From a virus (lineage: Duplodnaviria; Heunggongvirae; Uroviricota; Caudoviricetes), in the IMG/VR virus record IMGVR_UViG_2660237930_000004: a stretch of 18,569 bases of DNA. One strand, written 5' to 3'. Within the stretch, counting starts at the first letter, position 1; every line of letters begins with the position of its first letter. The position numbers and the translations under genes were made by a program. Under the pieces are notes generated by a model, which saw only the letters and a program-made list of their open reading frames with translations, was not told the origin of the DNA and searched no databases. Below are positions 9,978-18,569 of this stretch, piece after piece.

Positions 9978-10676
9978 TTACTGCGAAAGTTTGTTAATGG
10001 AAAGGAAGCCGCCAAAGTTGCCGACATTATTGCGGAACTTACAGCCACTCAGGCATTTGCTGCATTTATCCTTCGTGATTTCGGATGTCGGCTGGTCATA
10101 TTCATCCGCGACCGCCGGACCGTGATAACCGCACTCATCACCGCGATAGGTCCAGGTGCAGGTATTAGCAAGCATGATGCGCCCCGGAAAAACGGCACCA
10201 TCCGTTTCCGTCGGCGTGGACAGTACAAAAGAGGCACTGACCGCGCTCAGTTCGCTGCACTGCTCGATGCGCCAGCGGCTGATCACCTCCTGCTCCGGAT
10301 CGGCGTCGCTGTTTCCGTTGACGAAGTTCACCGCATCCAGAAAACGGGCATAAACCTTACGCCTGACCACCGTTCCGCCGACCAGACTCTGCAGGTCTTC
10401 CGCCATCCCGGTGACCATACCGTACAGGTTAGAAACCGTCAGCGTGGGGCGCGTACTGGTGCCTTTGCCATTCAGTTCAAAACCACTCCCCTGAATGGGA
10501 TACGGCTGATACTGTCGCCCCTGCCAGGTGACCGGCTCACCTTTTTCGTTCTGCTCATTACAGAAAAAATAACGTTCTCCACCGACCTCTGTCAGGTCGA
10601 TTTCCCAGAGCACCACGCTGGCCGACTGCTCCGCACGGGTGCATTCATTCAGTGTTTCCTGCCGGATATCCTGCAT
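9978..10676 (-). CDS. L: Tail tip protein L
   Basis: 232 aa, recognised as lambda L from memory (MQDIRQETLNECTRAEQSASVVLWEIDL...); C-terminal Cys cluster; start overlaps the M stop. Confidence 0.9.
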   Translation of the reverse strand: MQDIRQETLNECTRAEQSASVVLWEIDLTEVGGERYFFCNEQNEKGEPVTWQGRQYQPYPIQGSGFELNGKGTSTRPTLTVSNLYGMVTGMAEDLQSLVGGTVVRRKVYARFLDAVNFVNGNSDADPEQEVISRWRIEQCSELSAVSASFVLSTPTETDGAVFPGRIMLANTCTWTYRGDECGYHGPAVADEYDQPTSEITKDKCSKCLSGCKFRNNVGNFGGFLSINKLSQ

Positions 10677-11005
10677 CAGTTCACCACCTGTTCAAACTCT
10701 GCGCTGAACTCAACACGCAGCATACTGACCCGCGACGACCATTTTGCGCAGGTCACCTTTATCTGCCGCCACTCATAAGGCGGCGTCCACAGAAAGGCTT
10801 TCCAGCCCCCGTGCTCTTCCAGAAACGACTCCAGCGCCGCGGCCTCCCAACGGGGAACAGAAAGCGTCACGCTGTACGTTTTCAGGTTGGCATTCAGCCC
10901 GGCAGGCGCTCGCTGGGAATAGCCATCACCAAAGCGCACCTTTCTTACAGAAGGGGCCGAAGCCACATCCATACCGGGTTTCACTTTCCAGCGGAAGGTT
11001 TTCAT
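10676..11005 (-). CDS. M: Tail tip protein M
   Basis: 109 aa, recognised as lambda M from memory (MKTFRWKVKPGMDVAS...); 4-nt overlap with the H stop. Confidence 0.9.
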   Translation of the reverse strand: MKTFRWKVKPGMDVASAPSVRKVRFGDGYSQRAPAGLNANLKTYSVTLSVPRWEAAALESFLEEHGGWKAFLWTPPYEWRQIKVTCAKWSSRVSMLRVEFSAEFEQVVN

Positions 11006-13569
11006 CGTCCACCTCCGGAGAACAGACCACCATCACGCATCTGCCCGGTCACAACATCCATTGCCGCCTTACGGGCTACGTCATAAACAGCCTTCAGCGC
11101 CTGTGGCCCTATCTGACCGTTCGTGCCGTCGTTGTTAATCACCACATGGTTATTCTGCTCAAACGTCCCGGACGCCTGCGACCGACTGTCCGCCATGCTG
11201 CCCGGTGTACCGACATAACCGCCGGTGGCATAGCCGCGCATAAGCCGGTAAAGATTCCCCACGCCAATCCGGCTGGTTGCCTCCTTCGTGAAGACAAATT
11301 CACCACGGTGAACAATCCCCGCTGGCTCATATTTGCCGCCGGTTCCCGTAAATCCTCCGGTCGCAAAATGGAATTTCGCCGCAGATGCCTGAATGGCTGT
11401 ACCGCCTGACGCTGATGCACCGCCAATGACACTGCCGACACTCCCGACGATCCCCACCATTGCCTGCTTAAGCAGAATTTCTGTCATCATGGACAGCACG
11501 GAACGGGTGAAGCTGCGCCAGTTCTGTTCACTGCCGGTCAGCATCGCCGCCATATTCTGTGCAATACCATCAAAGGTCTGCGTGGCTGCACTTTTTACCT
11601 GCGACATACTGTCCGTGGCGCTCTCTTCCCACTCACTCCAGCCGGACTTCAGGCCTGCCATCCAGTTCCCGCGAAGCTGGTCTTCAGCCGCCCAGGTCTT
11701 TTTCTGCTCTGACATGACGTTATTCAGCGCCAGCGGATTATCGCCATACTGTTCCTTCAGGCGCTGTTCCGTGGCGTCCCGCGCTGCCTGCCGGTCAGTC
11801 AGCCCCCGGTTTTTCGCCTCAATGGCTGCCCGTTTTGCCCGTTGCTGCTGTGCGAATTTATCCGCCTGCTGCGCCAGCGCGTTCAGGTGCTCCTGATACG
11901 TGACCTTATCGCCAAGTGCAGCCAGCTGGCGTTTGTACTCCAGCGTCTCATCTTTATGCGCCAGCAGGGATTTCTCCTGTGCGGACAGCTGGCGACGTTG
12001 CGCCGCCTCCTCCAGTACCGCGAACTGACTTTCCGCCTTCCACAAATCCCGGCGCTGCTGGCTGATTTTCTCATTCGCTCCGGCATGCTTCTCCAGTGTC
12101 CGGAGTTCTGCCTGAAGCGTCAGCAGGGCAGCATGAGCACTGTCTTCCTGACGATCGCCCGCAGACACTTTCACGCCGGACTGCTTCGGCTTTTTCAGCG
12201 TCGCTTCATAGTCCTTTTTCGCCGCCGCCATCAGCGTGTTGTAATCTGCCTGCAGGATTTTTCCGTCTTTCAGTGCCTTATTCAGTTCCTCCTGGCGGGC
12301 GGTATATTTCTCCAGCGGTGTCTGCAGGCGTTCGTAAGCCTTCTGCGCCTCTTCGGTATATTTCAGCCGTGATGCCTCAGACTCGGCCCGATCTTTTGCT
12401 GCCATCTCACTGGCCTTTTCAAGATCTGCCTGCAACGTGGCGGCTGAAAGCCCAAGTCGCGCATTCTCTCTCTTCTCCCATGCCCCCCGGAGATTGGCAA
12501 GAAATGCTGACGTTTTACCGCGCCGGGGGCTTCGGCTCTGATACCACTGCCATTTTTTATCCGCTTCATCAAAAGCAAGCTTTTCAGCTTTGGCGAGCAT
12601 ATCTGCAGAGGAGTCCGGGCGACCAATATCCAGCACCGCATCCCACATGGATTTGAATGCCTGTGCAGTCTTGTCTGCCCAGGTCTCCAGCGTACCCATG
12701 TTATCTTTCAGTTTACGGGTCTGGTCATCAAACCCTTTCGTTGCGGCCTCGTTCGCCGCCTGCAATGCCCCGGCCCCATCGCCGGAACGCTGCAACTGAG
12801 CAACATACGCAATCTGTTCCGCCGTCACGTTATGGAACTGGCGCGCCATCGCCGTCAACCCAGACGTCGGGTCAGTGGTCAGCTTCCCGAAGGCTTCAGC
12901 GACCTTGTCCACCTCCACGCCGGATGCAGAGGAGAAACGCGCCACACTCTGGCTGATTGCCTCAAACTGCTCACCACCACGCACACCGGCATTCACCAGC
13001 GCCGTCAGTGACTCGCTGGTCTGGTTAAACGTCAGCCCTGCCGCCTGCCCGGATCTGGACAGGGCCAGCATACGATCTGCCGTCAGTCCCGCCTGATTAC
13101 CGGAAAGGACCAGCGTTTTATTGAAATTGGACAGGGTTGAGTCACCCTGATACCAGGCATACGCCAGCGCACCGGTCGCCACCGCCAGCGAAGTGATACC
13201 AACCATCGGCAGGGTGATCGCACCGGCAAGCCCCCTGAACATGGGGATCATCCCGCCGAAGGAGTCCTTCACCTGACCACCCTGTTGCAGCAGGATGAGC
13301 CACGGATTCGGCCCCCCTGCAAGCTGCGTGGCCACGTCGGTGAACTGCGCAGGCAGCATACGCATGGCAGCTTTATACTGCCCGACGGAAATCCCCGCTT
13401 TCTGTGCAGCCAGCGCCTGCCGGTTCATTGACTGTTCAACGACTGCCGCTGTTTTTTTCGCATCACTTTCCGTACCGGAAAAATGACGCCTGACTCTGGC
13501 CATCTGCTCGTCAAATCTGGCCGCATCCAGACTTAAATCAACGACCAGATCGCCTACCGGTTCAGCCAT
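11002..13569 (-). CDS. H: Tail tape measure protein H
   Basis: 855 aa, recognised as lambda H from memory (MAEPVGDLVVDLSLDAARFDEQMARVRR...); long coiled-coil middle and Gly-rich C-terminus typical of tape measure proteins. Confidence 0.9.
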   Translation of the reverse strand: MAEPVGDLVVDLSLDAARFDEQMARVRRHFSGTESDAKKTAAVVEQSMNRQALAAQKAGISVGQYKAAMRMLPAQFTDVATQLAGGPNPWLILLQQGGQVKDSFGGMIPMFRGLAGAITLPMVGITSLAVATGALAYAWYQGDSTLSNFNKTLVLSGNQAGLTADRMLALSRSGQAAGLTFNQTSESLTALVNAGVRGGEQFEAISQSVARFSSASGVEVDKVAEAFGKLTTDPTSGLTAMARQFHNVTAEQIAYVAQLQRSGDGAGALQAANEAATKGFDDQTRKLKDNMGTLETWADKTAQAFKSMWDAVLDIGRPDSSADMLAKAEKLAFDEADKKWQWYQSRSPRRGKTSAFLANLRGAWEKRENARLGLSAATLQADLEKASEMAAKDRAESEASRLKYTEEAQKAYERLQTPLEKYTARQEELNKALKDGKILQADYNTLMAAAKKDYEATLKKPKQSGVKVSAGDRQEDSAHAALLTLQAELRTLEKHAGANEKISQQRRDLWKAESQFAVLEEAAQRRQLSAQEKSLLAHKDETLEYKRQLAALGDKVTYQEHLNALAQQADKFAQQQRAKRAAIEAKNRGLTDRQAARDATEQRLKEQYGDNPLALNNVMSEQKKTWAAEDQLRGNWMAGLKSGWSEWEESATDSMSQVKSAATQTFDGIAQNMAAMLTGSEQNWRSFTRSVLSMMTEILLKQAMVGIVGSVGSVIGGASASGGTAIQASAAKFHFATGGFTGTGGKYEPAGIVHRGEFVFTKEATSRIGVGNLYRLMRGYATGGYVGTPGSMADSRSQASGTFEQNNHVVINNDGTNGQIGPQALKAVYDVARKAAMDVVTGQMRDGGLFSGGGR

Positions 13570-14400
13570 ACCGGACTCCTCCTGCGATCCCTTCTGATAC
13601 TGTCATCAGCATTACGTCATCCTCCATCATGTCCGCCACATACGGGGAAGCGGGGATAACTTCATTCCCGTCCGGGCCAAAACGAACGCCTCCGGCAAGC
13701 CCTGCCGCTTTCTGCATCAGCACATCATCTTCAGGCTCTTCGTCAGCCTCGCGCCGGTTAAGCAGACTGAAATCCAGCGGATGCATATCCGGATCGCTGA
13801 AAAACAGGCTGAGCACGGTGTACGTCAGCCCGGAAAAGTGCATATCCAGCAGAACATCATGAAAATAATGGGTACTGTAAAAGCGGTGCCAGTCGGCATA
13901 CTCCGTGGATGACATCCCGGCAAGCATGGCGCGCCAGTCGGGTCGCCCCATCTCACGCGCCAGTTTCAGGGCAAAACTCAGCTCACCGACGAACACTTTC
14001 CCGCAGAAACAGGCTCTGCAGGCCCGGCGTCATCTGCCTGTTCAGGGGAATTATTCACCACAAACTCAGACATTCCGGACAGACGTAACACCACGTTTTC
14101 AGCCTGAGCAATTGCCTCCGTGGGCCAGGTGGTAAGCACTTCCTGCTCAATCTGCGTAATGGCTTCATTCATGGACGGCAGCTTTGTCTTCTGCGGATGG
14201 TTATGCCACAGAGACATCGCCACCAGAAACGCCCCGCCTCTGATAAGATCCTCTACAGACACCTGCAGGTTGCCGCTGGATTCAGCCTTTTTTTCCTGCT
14301 CTTTCAACCAGGCAAGATGCTCAATACGCTGCAGGGCTGACAGTTCAGAAAGCGTGACGGTCACGCCGTTATGTTCAAATGATTCTGTTTTCAGGAACAT
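13562..14400 (-). CDS. G-T: Tail assembly chaperone G-T fusion, made by programmed -1 ribosomal frameshift
   Basis: G frame (13978..14400) and T frame (13562..13996) overlap at the slippery heptamer G GGA AAG. After a -1 slip the reading continues GKVFVGELSFALKLAREM..., matching the T-frame ORF. T has no independent start. Confidence 0.75.
13978..14400 (-). CDS. G: Tail assembly chaperone G
   Basis: 140 aa, recognised as lambda G from memory (MFLKTESFEHNGVTVTLSELSALQRIEHL...); ends ...VSAGKCSSVS. Confidence 0.9.
   Translation of the reverse strand: MFLKTESFEHNGVTVTLSELSALQRIEHLAWLKEQEKKAESSGNLQVSVEDLIRGGAFLVAMSLWHNHPQKTKLPSMNEAITQIEQEVLTTWPTEAIAQAENVVLRLSGMSEFVVNNSPEQADDAGPAEPVSAGKCSSVS
13996..14002 (-). 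other. Programmed -1 frameshift slippery heptamer GGGAAAG (G/G-T)
   Basis: Plus-strand ctttccc = minus-strand GGGAAAG, positioned in the G frame as G GGA AAG, 5-6 codons before the G stop. Confidence 0.75.
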
Positions 14401-14415
14401 CGCTGACTCTCCGGA

Positions 14416-15156
14416 TTAACTGGCGGTGACGGTGATTTCTGCAACCGCAGCAAACTCACCATTACCGGATACAACCGGAATGTTGACCTTGCCTGCAGCA
14501 ACGCCGTTCACGGTGATGGTCATACCACTGACCGACACGGTGGCTTTTGTTTTATCCGCTGACACCGCACGGAAGCTCTTGTCGGTTGCGCCTTCCGGCT
14601 GGAATGCCACGGTCAGCGTCGTGCTCTGCCCTTTCACTACGGAAGCACTGGCTGGCGTTACCGTCATGCCGGTGGCCGCTGTTACCGTGCTGCGATCTTC
14701 TGCCATCGACGGGCGTCCCACATTGGTGACCTTCACCGTGCGGGTGATCACTTCCTTCGCCGTCACCGCTTTACCGATACTGCTGACCCAGCCACGGAAC
14801 ACATCGACCGTGCCGTTCGGGAAGCGGATTTTATAGGCACGGGTATCACCTTCATTAAACCACGCCAGCAGCGCCTGCTGCCCCTGCTCTCCGGGCATCC
14901 ACGCCAGCGTGAAGCTGGTATCTCCGGCTGATTTCTGCCCCTGCCCGGTCGCAGTCCAGTCCGCATCCTCATCATCGAGATAACTGTCGTCATAGGACTC
15001 AGCGGTCAGTTCGCCGGGCGTCAGGTCTTTAACTTTTGCCAGACGCGACCAGTCAACGTCTGAAAGCGGGGTCGCATAAGGGTCACCGTTCCCCTTATAA
15101 ACCCATAGTGTGGTCCCGGCCCCTTTCACCGGCATTGTAGGATTTGGTACAGGCAT
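14416..15156 (-). CDS. V: Major tail tube protein V
   Basis: 246 aa from the ATG at 15154..15156 ([22 protein letters not shown]...) with a GAGGA RBS. The track ORF starts 10 codons upstream, judged a spurious extension. The C-terminal part resembles an Ig-like domain region as in lambda V. Confidence 0.9.
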   Translation of the reverse strand: MPVPNPTMPVKGAGTTLWVYKGNGDPYATPLSDVDWSRLAKVKDLTPGELTAESYDDSYLDDEDADWTATGQGQKSAGDTSFTLAWMPGEQGQQALLAWFNEGDTRAYKIRFPNGTVDVFRGWVSSIGKAVTAKEVITRTVKVTNVGRPSMAEDRSTVTAATGMTVTPASASVVKGQSTTLTVAFQPEGATDKSFRAVSADKTKATVSVSGMTITVNGVAAGKVNIPVVSGNGEFAAVAEITVTAS

Positions 15157-15163
15157 ATCGTCC

Positions 15164-15586
15164 TCACATTTCATAGGTAATGACATACGTCAGATCGGCT
15201 GAACTCCACAGGCCCGCATCATCGTCGCGTCGGTAGTCATAGCCACTGGCCACCATACTGGTGATCAAATCTGACAGTGCCGGAATATCGCTCATCACCG
15301 GATAAATCCGGGACTCCATCCACGAATCCAGCTCTGAATCCGGCACCTGAGCAGGCAGCTCTGAATCCGGCACCTGAGCAGGCAGGAAAACTTCAATATG
15401 CAGCTCCGCCTGCCAGGTATCGCTGTCCAGCTCTTCGCCCGTGTATTCAGCGCCGGTGAGATAAACGGCAATTGCCGGAAAATCCGCCTCATCAAAAACA
15501 GCGGGGCGACCATCAAAAAGCGTCGCCCCGGTGTCATGCTTCTCCAGTGCATCCAGTACGGCTGCACGGAGTTCAGTATGTTTCAT
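15164..15586 (-). CDS. U: Tail terminator protein U, with a 9-aa in-frame duplication
   Basis: 140 aa ([36 protein letters not shown]...); contains [19 protein letters not shown] from the 27-bp tandem duplication. Lambda U is 131 aa by my recollection. Confidence 0.9.
   Translation of the reverse strand: MKHTELRAAVLDALEKHDTGATLFDGRPAVFDEADFPAIAVYLTGAEYTGEELDSDTWQAELHIEVFLPAQVPDSELPAQVPDSELDSWMESRIYPVMSDIPALSDLITSMVASGYDYRRDDDAGLWSSADLTYVITYEM
15331..15384. repeat. Perfect 27-bp tandem duplication (2 copies) inside U
   Basis: gctctgaatccggcacctgagcaggca at 15331..15357 is repeated exactly at 15358..15384; in frame. Confidence 0.95.
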
Positions 15587-16161
15587 CGCTTTATTACCAT
15601 TCTCAGTTGATGCTGCAGCGCATAGCCCAGCTCTTTCGGAAGACGCTCACGCCGTATCCGTTCAATATTCTGTTTAAACGCCGTGGTCAGTGGCACCGCC
15701 ATCGGGATTTTCACCACATCAATGGGGTAACGGTTTTTCCCGGCCACACGCTGCATAACATGCCAGCGGCCATTTTTCAGTTGCTGAATAAACGCGCCGG
15801 GAATACGACGGTTTCCCACCACAAGCACGCTGCCGCCACCTTTCAGGGCTGAACGCTGCCCCTTTTTACGACGCCTGCGTCGGGACAGGACAATCCGCGC
15901 GTTACCCAGCTTTATTACGGGCAAATCCCCCCGGTTAACCTTGATTCTGGCCTGCGGATTTTTAACCGTGGCCCTTTTCAGCCTGGCCCTTTCCTTTACC
16001 AGTTTCCGGCGTACCTTTGTCTCACGGGCAACCTGTGACGCCGACTGCGATATCGCGGATGAAGCAACGCGGTTAATGGCCATTGCGGCGGCACCAGGCA
16101 CCGCCGTTTTGCTGATACGGCTGAGGTTTTCAACGGCCTGCTCAAGACCTTTTATGGCCAT
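15583..16161 (-). CDS. Z: Tail completion protein Z
   Basis: 192 aa, recognised as lambda Z from memory (MAIKGLEQAVENLSRISKTAVPGAAAMAINR...); 4-nt overlap with the U start. Confidence 0.9.
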   Translation of the reverse strand: MAIKGLEQAVENLSRISKTAVPGAAAMAINRVASSAISQSASQVARETKVRRKLVKERARLKRATVKNPQARIKVNRGDLPVIKLGNARIVLSRRRRRKKGQRSALKGGGSVLVVGNRRIPGAFIQQLKNGRWHVMQRVAGKNRYPIDVVKIPMAVPLTTAFKQNIERIRRERLPKELGYALQHQLRMVIKR

Positions 16162-16172
16162 ACATCCCCCTT

Positions 16173-16526
16173 TCAGCGGCGACGGTTAACGGCAGGCGGT
16201 ACGCCCCGTCCAAGCCAGAGATGACAGCTTCCGCCATCATCCGGCGAAACACGATCTATCCAGAAGTTTTCCTCACCGATGGTCAGCGTGTCTCCACGCC
16301 GCAGTTGCCGCACATCATCAGTCCGGACAAACAGGGACGGGCTGGAGCCTTCAACGCGCACGCCCTGTCCGGCATAGCTGATATTTTCAGGGTCATCAAA
16401 AACACCACGTATTACTGCGCCGGACTGCTCACCGGATGTCATGGTGGCTGACGTTCCCATGTACCCGCGTATCGTTTCATCGGTGCGGGCAATGGCAGCA
16501 TCGAACAGGTTATCGAAATCAGCCAC
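16173..16526 (-). CDS. FII: Head-tail joining protein FII
   Basis: 117 aa, recognised as near-identical to lambda FII from memory (MADFDNLFDAAIARTDETIRGYMGTSATMTSGEQSGAVIRGVFDDPENISYAGQGVRVEGSSPSLFVRTDDVRQLRRGDTLTIGEENFWIDRVSPDDGGSCHLWLGRGVPPAVNRRR). Confidence 0.92.
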   Translation of the reverse strand: MADFDNLFDAAIARTDETIRGYMGTSATMTSGEQSGAVIRGVFDDPENISYAGQGVRVEGSSPSLFVRTDDVRQLRRGDTLTIGEENFWIDRVSPDDGGSCHLWLGRGVPPAVNRRR

Positions 16527-16537
16527 AGCGCCTCCCG

Positions 16538-16936
16538 TTATTGCATTCTGGCCAGGCCGCGCTCTGTCATTTCAGCTGCCACACCGGCAGAGACACGGAA
16601 CGCCGTTCCCGGCAGCACAAATGCCACAGGTTCATCCCGCGTGGCGTGAAGTGCATCAGTATGCAGCGTCACCAGTGCCACGACCGTGACCAGTTCAGCC
16701 GTATCCTGAATCACGGTATCCGGCTGCGCTGATACCACCTCATGTTCATGCCCGGTCAGCACATTTTCCGGGCTGAGAGGGGTATCCTGACCGGCAGTGT
16801 CGCCCGTGTCATCAAGCTCCTCTTCCAGCTCTGCCACACGGAGCGCCAGTTCTTCTTTCGTCCCCGTCAGACTGACATCACGGTTCAGTTGTTCACCCAG
16901 CGAGCGGAGACGGGCAATCAGTTCATCTTTCGTCAT
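16538..16936 (-). CDS. FI: DNA packaging/head completion protein FI
   Basis: 132 aa from the ATG at 16934..16936 (MTKDELIARLRSLGEQLNRDVSLTG...) with a GGAGGA RBS; the track ORF has a 13-codon upstream extension, judged spurious. Confidence 0.85.
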   Translation of the reverse strand: MTKDELIARLRSLGEQLNRDVSLTGTKEELALRVAELEEELDDTGDTAGQDTPLSPENVLTGHEHEVVSAQPDTVIQDTAELVTVVALVTLHTDALHATRDEPVAFVLPGTAFRVSAGVAAEMTERGLARMQ

Positions 16937-16977
16937 GGACTCCTCCACAGAGAGAAAATGGCCCCGAAGGGCCACGA

Positions 16978-18003
16978 TTACGCCAGTTGTACGGACACGA
17001 ACTCATCAGGGTCAGCCAGCAGCATCAGCGGTGCTGACTGAATCATGGTGAACTCACGCGCCGGATCGCCGGTGGTCACCCAGTTTTTCGGGTAACGGGC
17101 AGAGGCGTTAATGCCTTCGCGCTGTGCGTCCGCATCCTGAATACAGCCATAGGTACGCAGACCGCGTGCCTGAGTGTTCCCCAGCACCATCGTGTTGTCC
17201 GGCAGGAAGTTCTTTTTGACGCCGTTTTCCACGTACTGTCCGGAATACACGACGATGGCAACATCGCCATACATCCCCTTATAGGACACCGCTTTACCCA
17301 GGTCTTTCACCGCTGTCTCCAGCTCGGAATTAGAGCCACGACGGGTATCCAGCTTCTCCTTGACGGCTTTGAAGGAACGGAACAGCGCCCAGCCTTTCGG
17401 ATCAAACACGATGATATTCACCACACCGCTGGCGTTCAGCGCGTAGGCTTCGATATCGTCGGTCGGGTCATACGTGGACTTGTCACGCTTGCTCCACTCC
17501 GTGCCGCCGGACTGCGTGATGTTATTCGCCGCACTGCGGCCCATATCCACCTCAACCGGATCGAAGGCTTCACCGGTCATGGTGTATTTGCCCTTAAGCA
17601 CGGCAGAAACGGCCTGCATCTCTTCGACCTGAGCAATGGCCAGCTCTTCGTCACGCATGTTCTGCATGATGATGCGACGGCGGCGGTAAGCCGGGTCCGC
17701 CAGATTCTGCGGATCTTCATCCGGCAGGCGACGCAGGGTCATCTGCGGATTCACCTCATGCTTCGGCTTGACATATCCCGGCGTAAATTCAGAGGTGGAT
17801 CCGCCACGGGAACGGATAACCTCACCGGAAACAATCGGCGAAACGTACAGCGCCATGTTTACCAGTCCCGGAATTTGTGAGAGATAGACTTTCTCCGTGG
17901 TGAAGGGATAGCTCTCACGGAAAAAGAGACGCAGAAACAGCGGATCAAACTTAAATTTCTGCTCATTTGCCGCCAGCAGCTGGGCGGTTGTGTACATCGA
18001 CAT
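16978..18003 (-). CDS. E: Major capsid protein E (HK97-fold)
   Basis: 341 aa, recognised as lambda E from memory (MSMYTTAQLLAANEQKFKFDPLFLRLFFRESYPFTTEKVYLSQIPGLVNMALYVSPIVSGEVIRSRGG...). Confidence 0.95.
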   Translation of the reverse strand: MSMYTTAQLLAANEQKFKFDPLFLRLFFRESYPFTTEKVYLSQIPGLVNMALYVSPIVSGEVIRSRGGSTSEFTPGYVKPKHEVNPQMTLRRLPDEDPQNLADPAYRRRRIIMQNMRDEELAIAQVEEMQAVSAVLKGKYTMTGEAFDPVEVDMGRSAANNITQSGGTEWSKRDKSTYDPTDDIEAYALNASGVVNIIVFDPKGWALFRSFKAVKEKLDTRRGSNSELETAVKDLGKAVSYKGMYGDVAIVVYSGQYVENGVKKNFLPDNTMVLGNTQARGLRTYGCIQDADAQREGINASARYPKNWVTTGDPAREFTMIQSAPLMLLADPDEFVSVQLA

Positions 18004-18017
18004 AAAAAAAATCCCGT

Positions 18018-18042
18018 AAAAAAAGCCGCACAGGCGGCCTTT
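18018..18042 (-). terminator. Terminator/attenuator-like hairpin in the D-E intergenic region
   Basis: Minus strand reads AAAGGCCGC-CUGU-GCGGCUUUUUUU (GC core plus A-U/G-U extension) followed by ACGGGAUUUUUUUU, just upstream of the E ATG. Function not established. Confidence 0.35.
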
Positions 18043-18059
18043 AGTGATGAAGGGTAAAG

Positions 18060-18392
18060 TTAAACGATGCTGATTGCCGTTCCGGCAAACGCGGTCCGTT
18101 TTTTCGTCTCGTCGCTGGCAGCCTCCGGCCAGAGCACATCCTCATAACGGAACGTGCCGGACTTGTAGAACGTCAGTGTGGTGCTGGTCTGGTCAGCAGC
18201 AACTGCAAGAATGCCAACGGCAGCACCGTCGGTGGTGCCATCCCACGCAACCAGCTTACGGGTGGAGGTGTCCAGCATCAGCGGGGTCATTGCAGGCGCT
18301 TTCGCACTCAATCCGCCGGGCGCGGTTGCGGTATGAGCCGGGTCACTGTTGCCCAGCGGCTGGTAATGGGTAAAGGTTTCTTTGCTCGTCAT
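18060..18392 (-). CDS. D: Head decoration protein D
   Basis: 110 aa from the ATG at 18390..18392 ([41 protein letters not shown]...) with an AGGGA RBS; the track ORF has a 2-codon upstream extension. Confidence 0.9.
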   Translation of the reverse strand: MTSKETFTHYQPLGNSDPAHTATAPGGLSAKAPAMTPLMLDTSTRKLVAWDGTTDGAAVGILAVAADQTSTTLTFYKSGTFRYEDVLWPEAASDETKKRTAFAGTAISIV

Positions 18393-18401
18393 AAACATCC
18401 C

Positions 18402-18569
18402 TTACACTGGTGTGTTCAGCAAATCGTTAACGGCATCAGATGCCGGGTTACCTGCAGCCAGCGGTGCCGGTGCCCCCTGCATCAGACGATCCAGCGCAGT
18501 GTCACTGCGCGCCTGTGCACTCTGTGGTGCTGCGGCCAGAATACGGCGGGCCGTTTCCACGGTCATACC
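18402..18569 (-). CDS. C/Nu3: 3' end of capsid assembly protease/scaffold gene (C/Nu3 shared C-terminus); partial, continues beyond the right edge
   Basis: Minus-strand translation from the window edge: GMTVETARRILAAAPQSAQARSDTALDRLMQGAPAPLAAGNPASDAVNDLLNTPV*, stop at 18402..18404; directly upstream of D as in lambda. Confidence 0.75.
   Translation of the reverse strand, partial: GMTVETARRILAAAPQSAQARSDTALDRLMQGAPAPLAAGNPASDAVNDLLNTPV

Noticed and set aside
15157-15186. N-terminal extensions of track ORFs for V (15157..15186), FI (16937..16975), D (18393..18398) and stf (4419..4424)
   Set aside because: Internal ATGs with good RBS reproduce the known lambda N-termini ([28 protein letters not shown]); the upstream extensions start at weak or alternative codons.

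Overview
This window is the late head-tail structural arm of a lambda-like (lambdoid) phage or prophage, encoded entirely on the minus strand. From right to left it runs from the 3' end of C/Nu3 through D, E, FI, FII, Z, U, V, G and G-T, H, M, L, K, I, J and lom to a side-tail-fibre gene (stf) and three non-lambda genes at the left end. Gene identities rest on recognising the translated ORFs as near-identical to phage lambda proteins from memory; no database search was possible. Two tail genes look inactivated: J is split by a perfect 28-bp tandem duplication and I by a frameshift near an A5 tract. U carries a perfect in-frame 27-bp tandem duplication. The most novel part is the distal end: stf has ~189-bp tandem repeats and a more AT-rich, non-lambda C-terminal domain, and is followed by a 93-aa acidic ORF, a 346-aa fibre-like protein with a C-terminal autoproteolytic chaperone-type motif, and a small membrane protein, with no recognisable tfa gene. 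I found no rRNA, tRNA, CRISPR array or IS element. Most plus-strand ORFs in the track are antisense shadow ORFs of the minus-strand genes.
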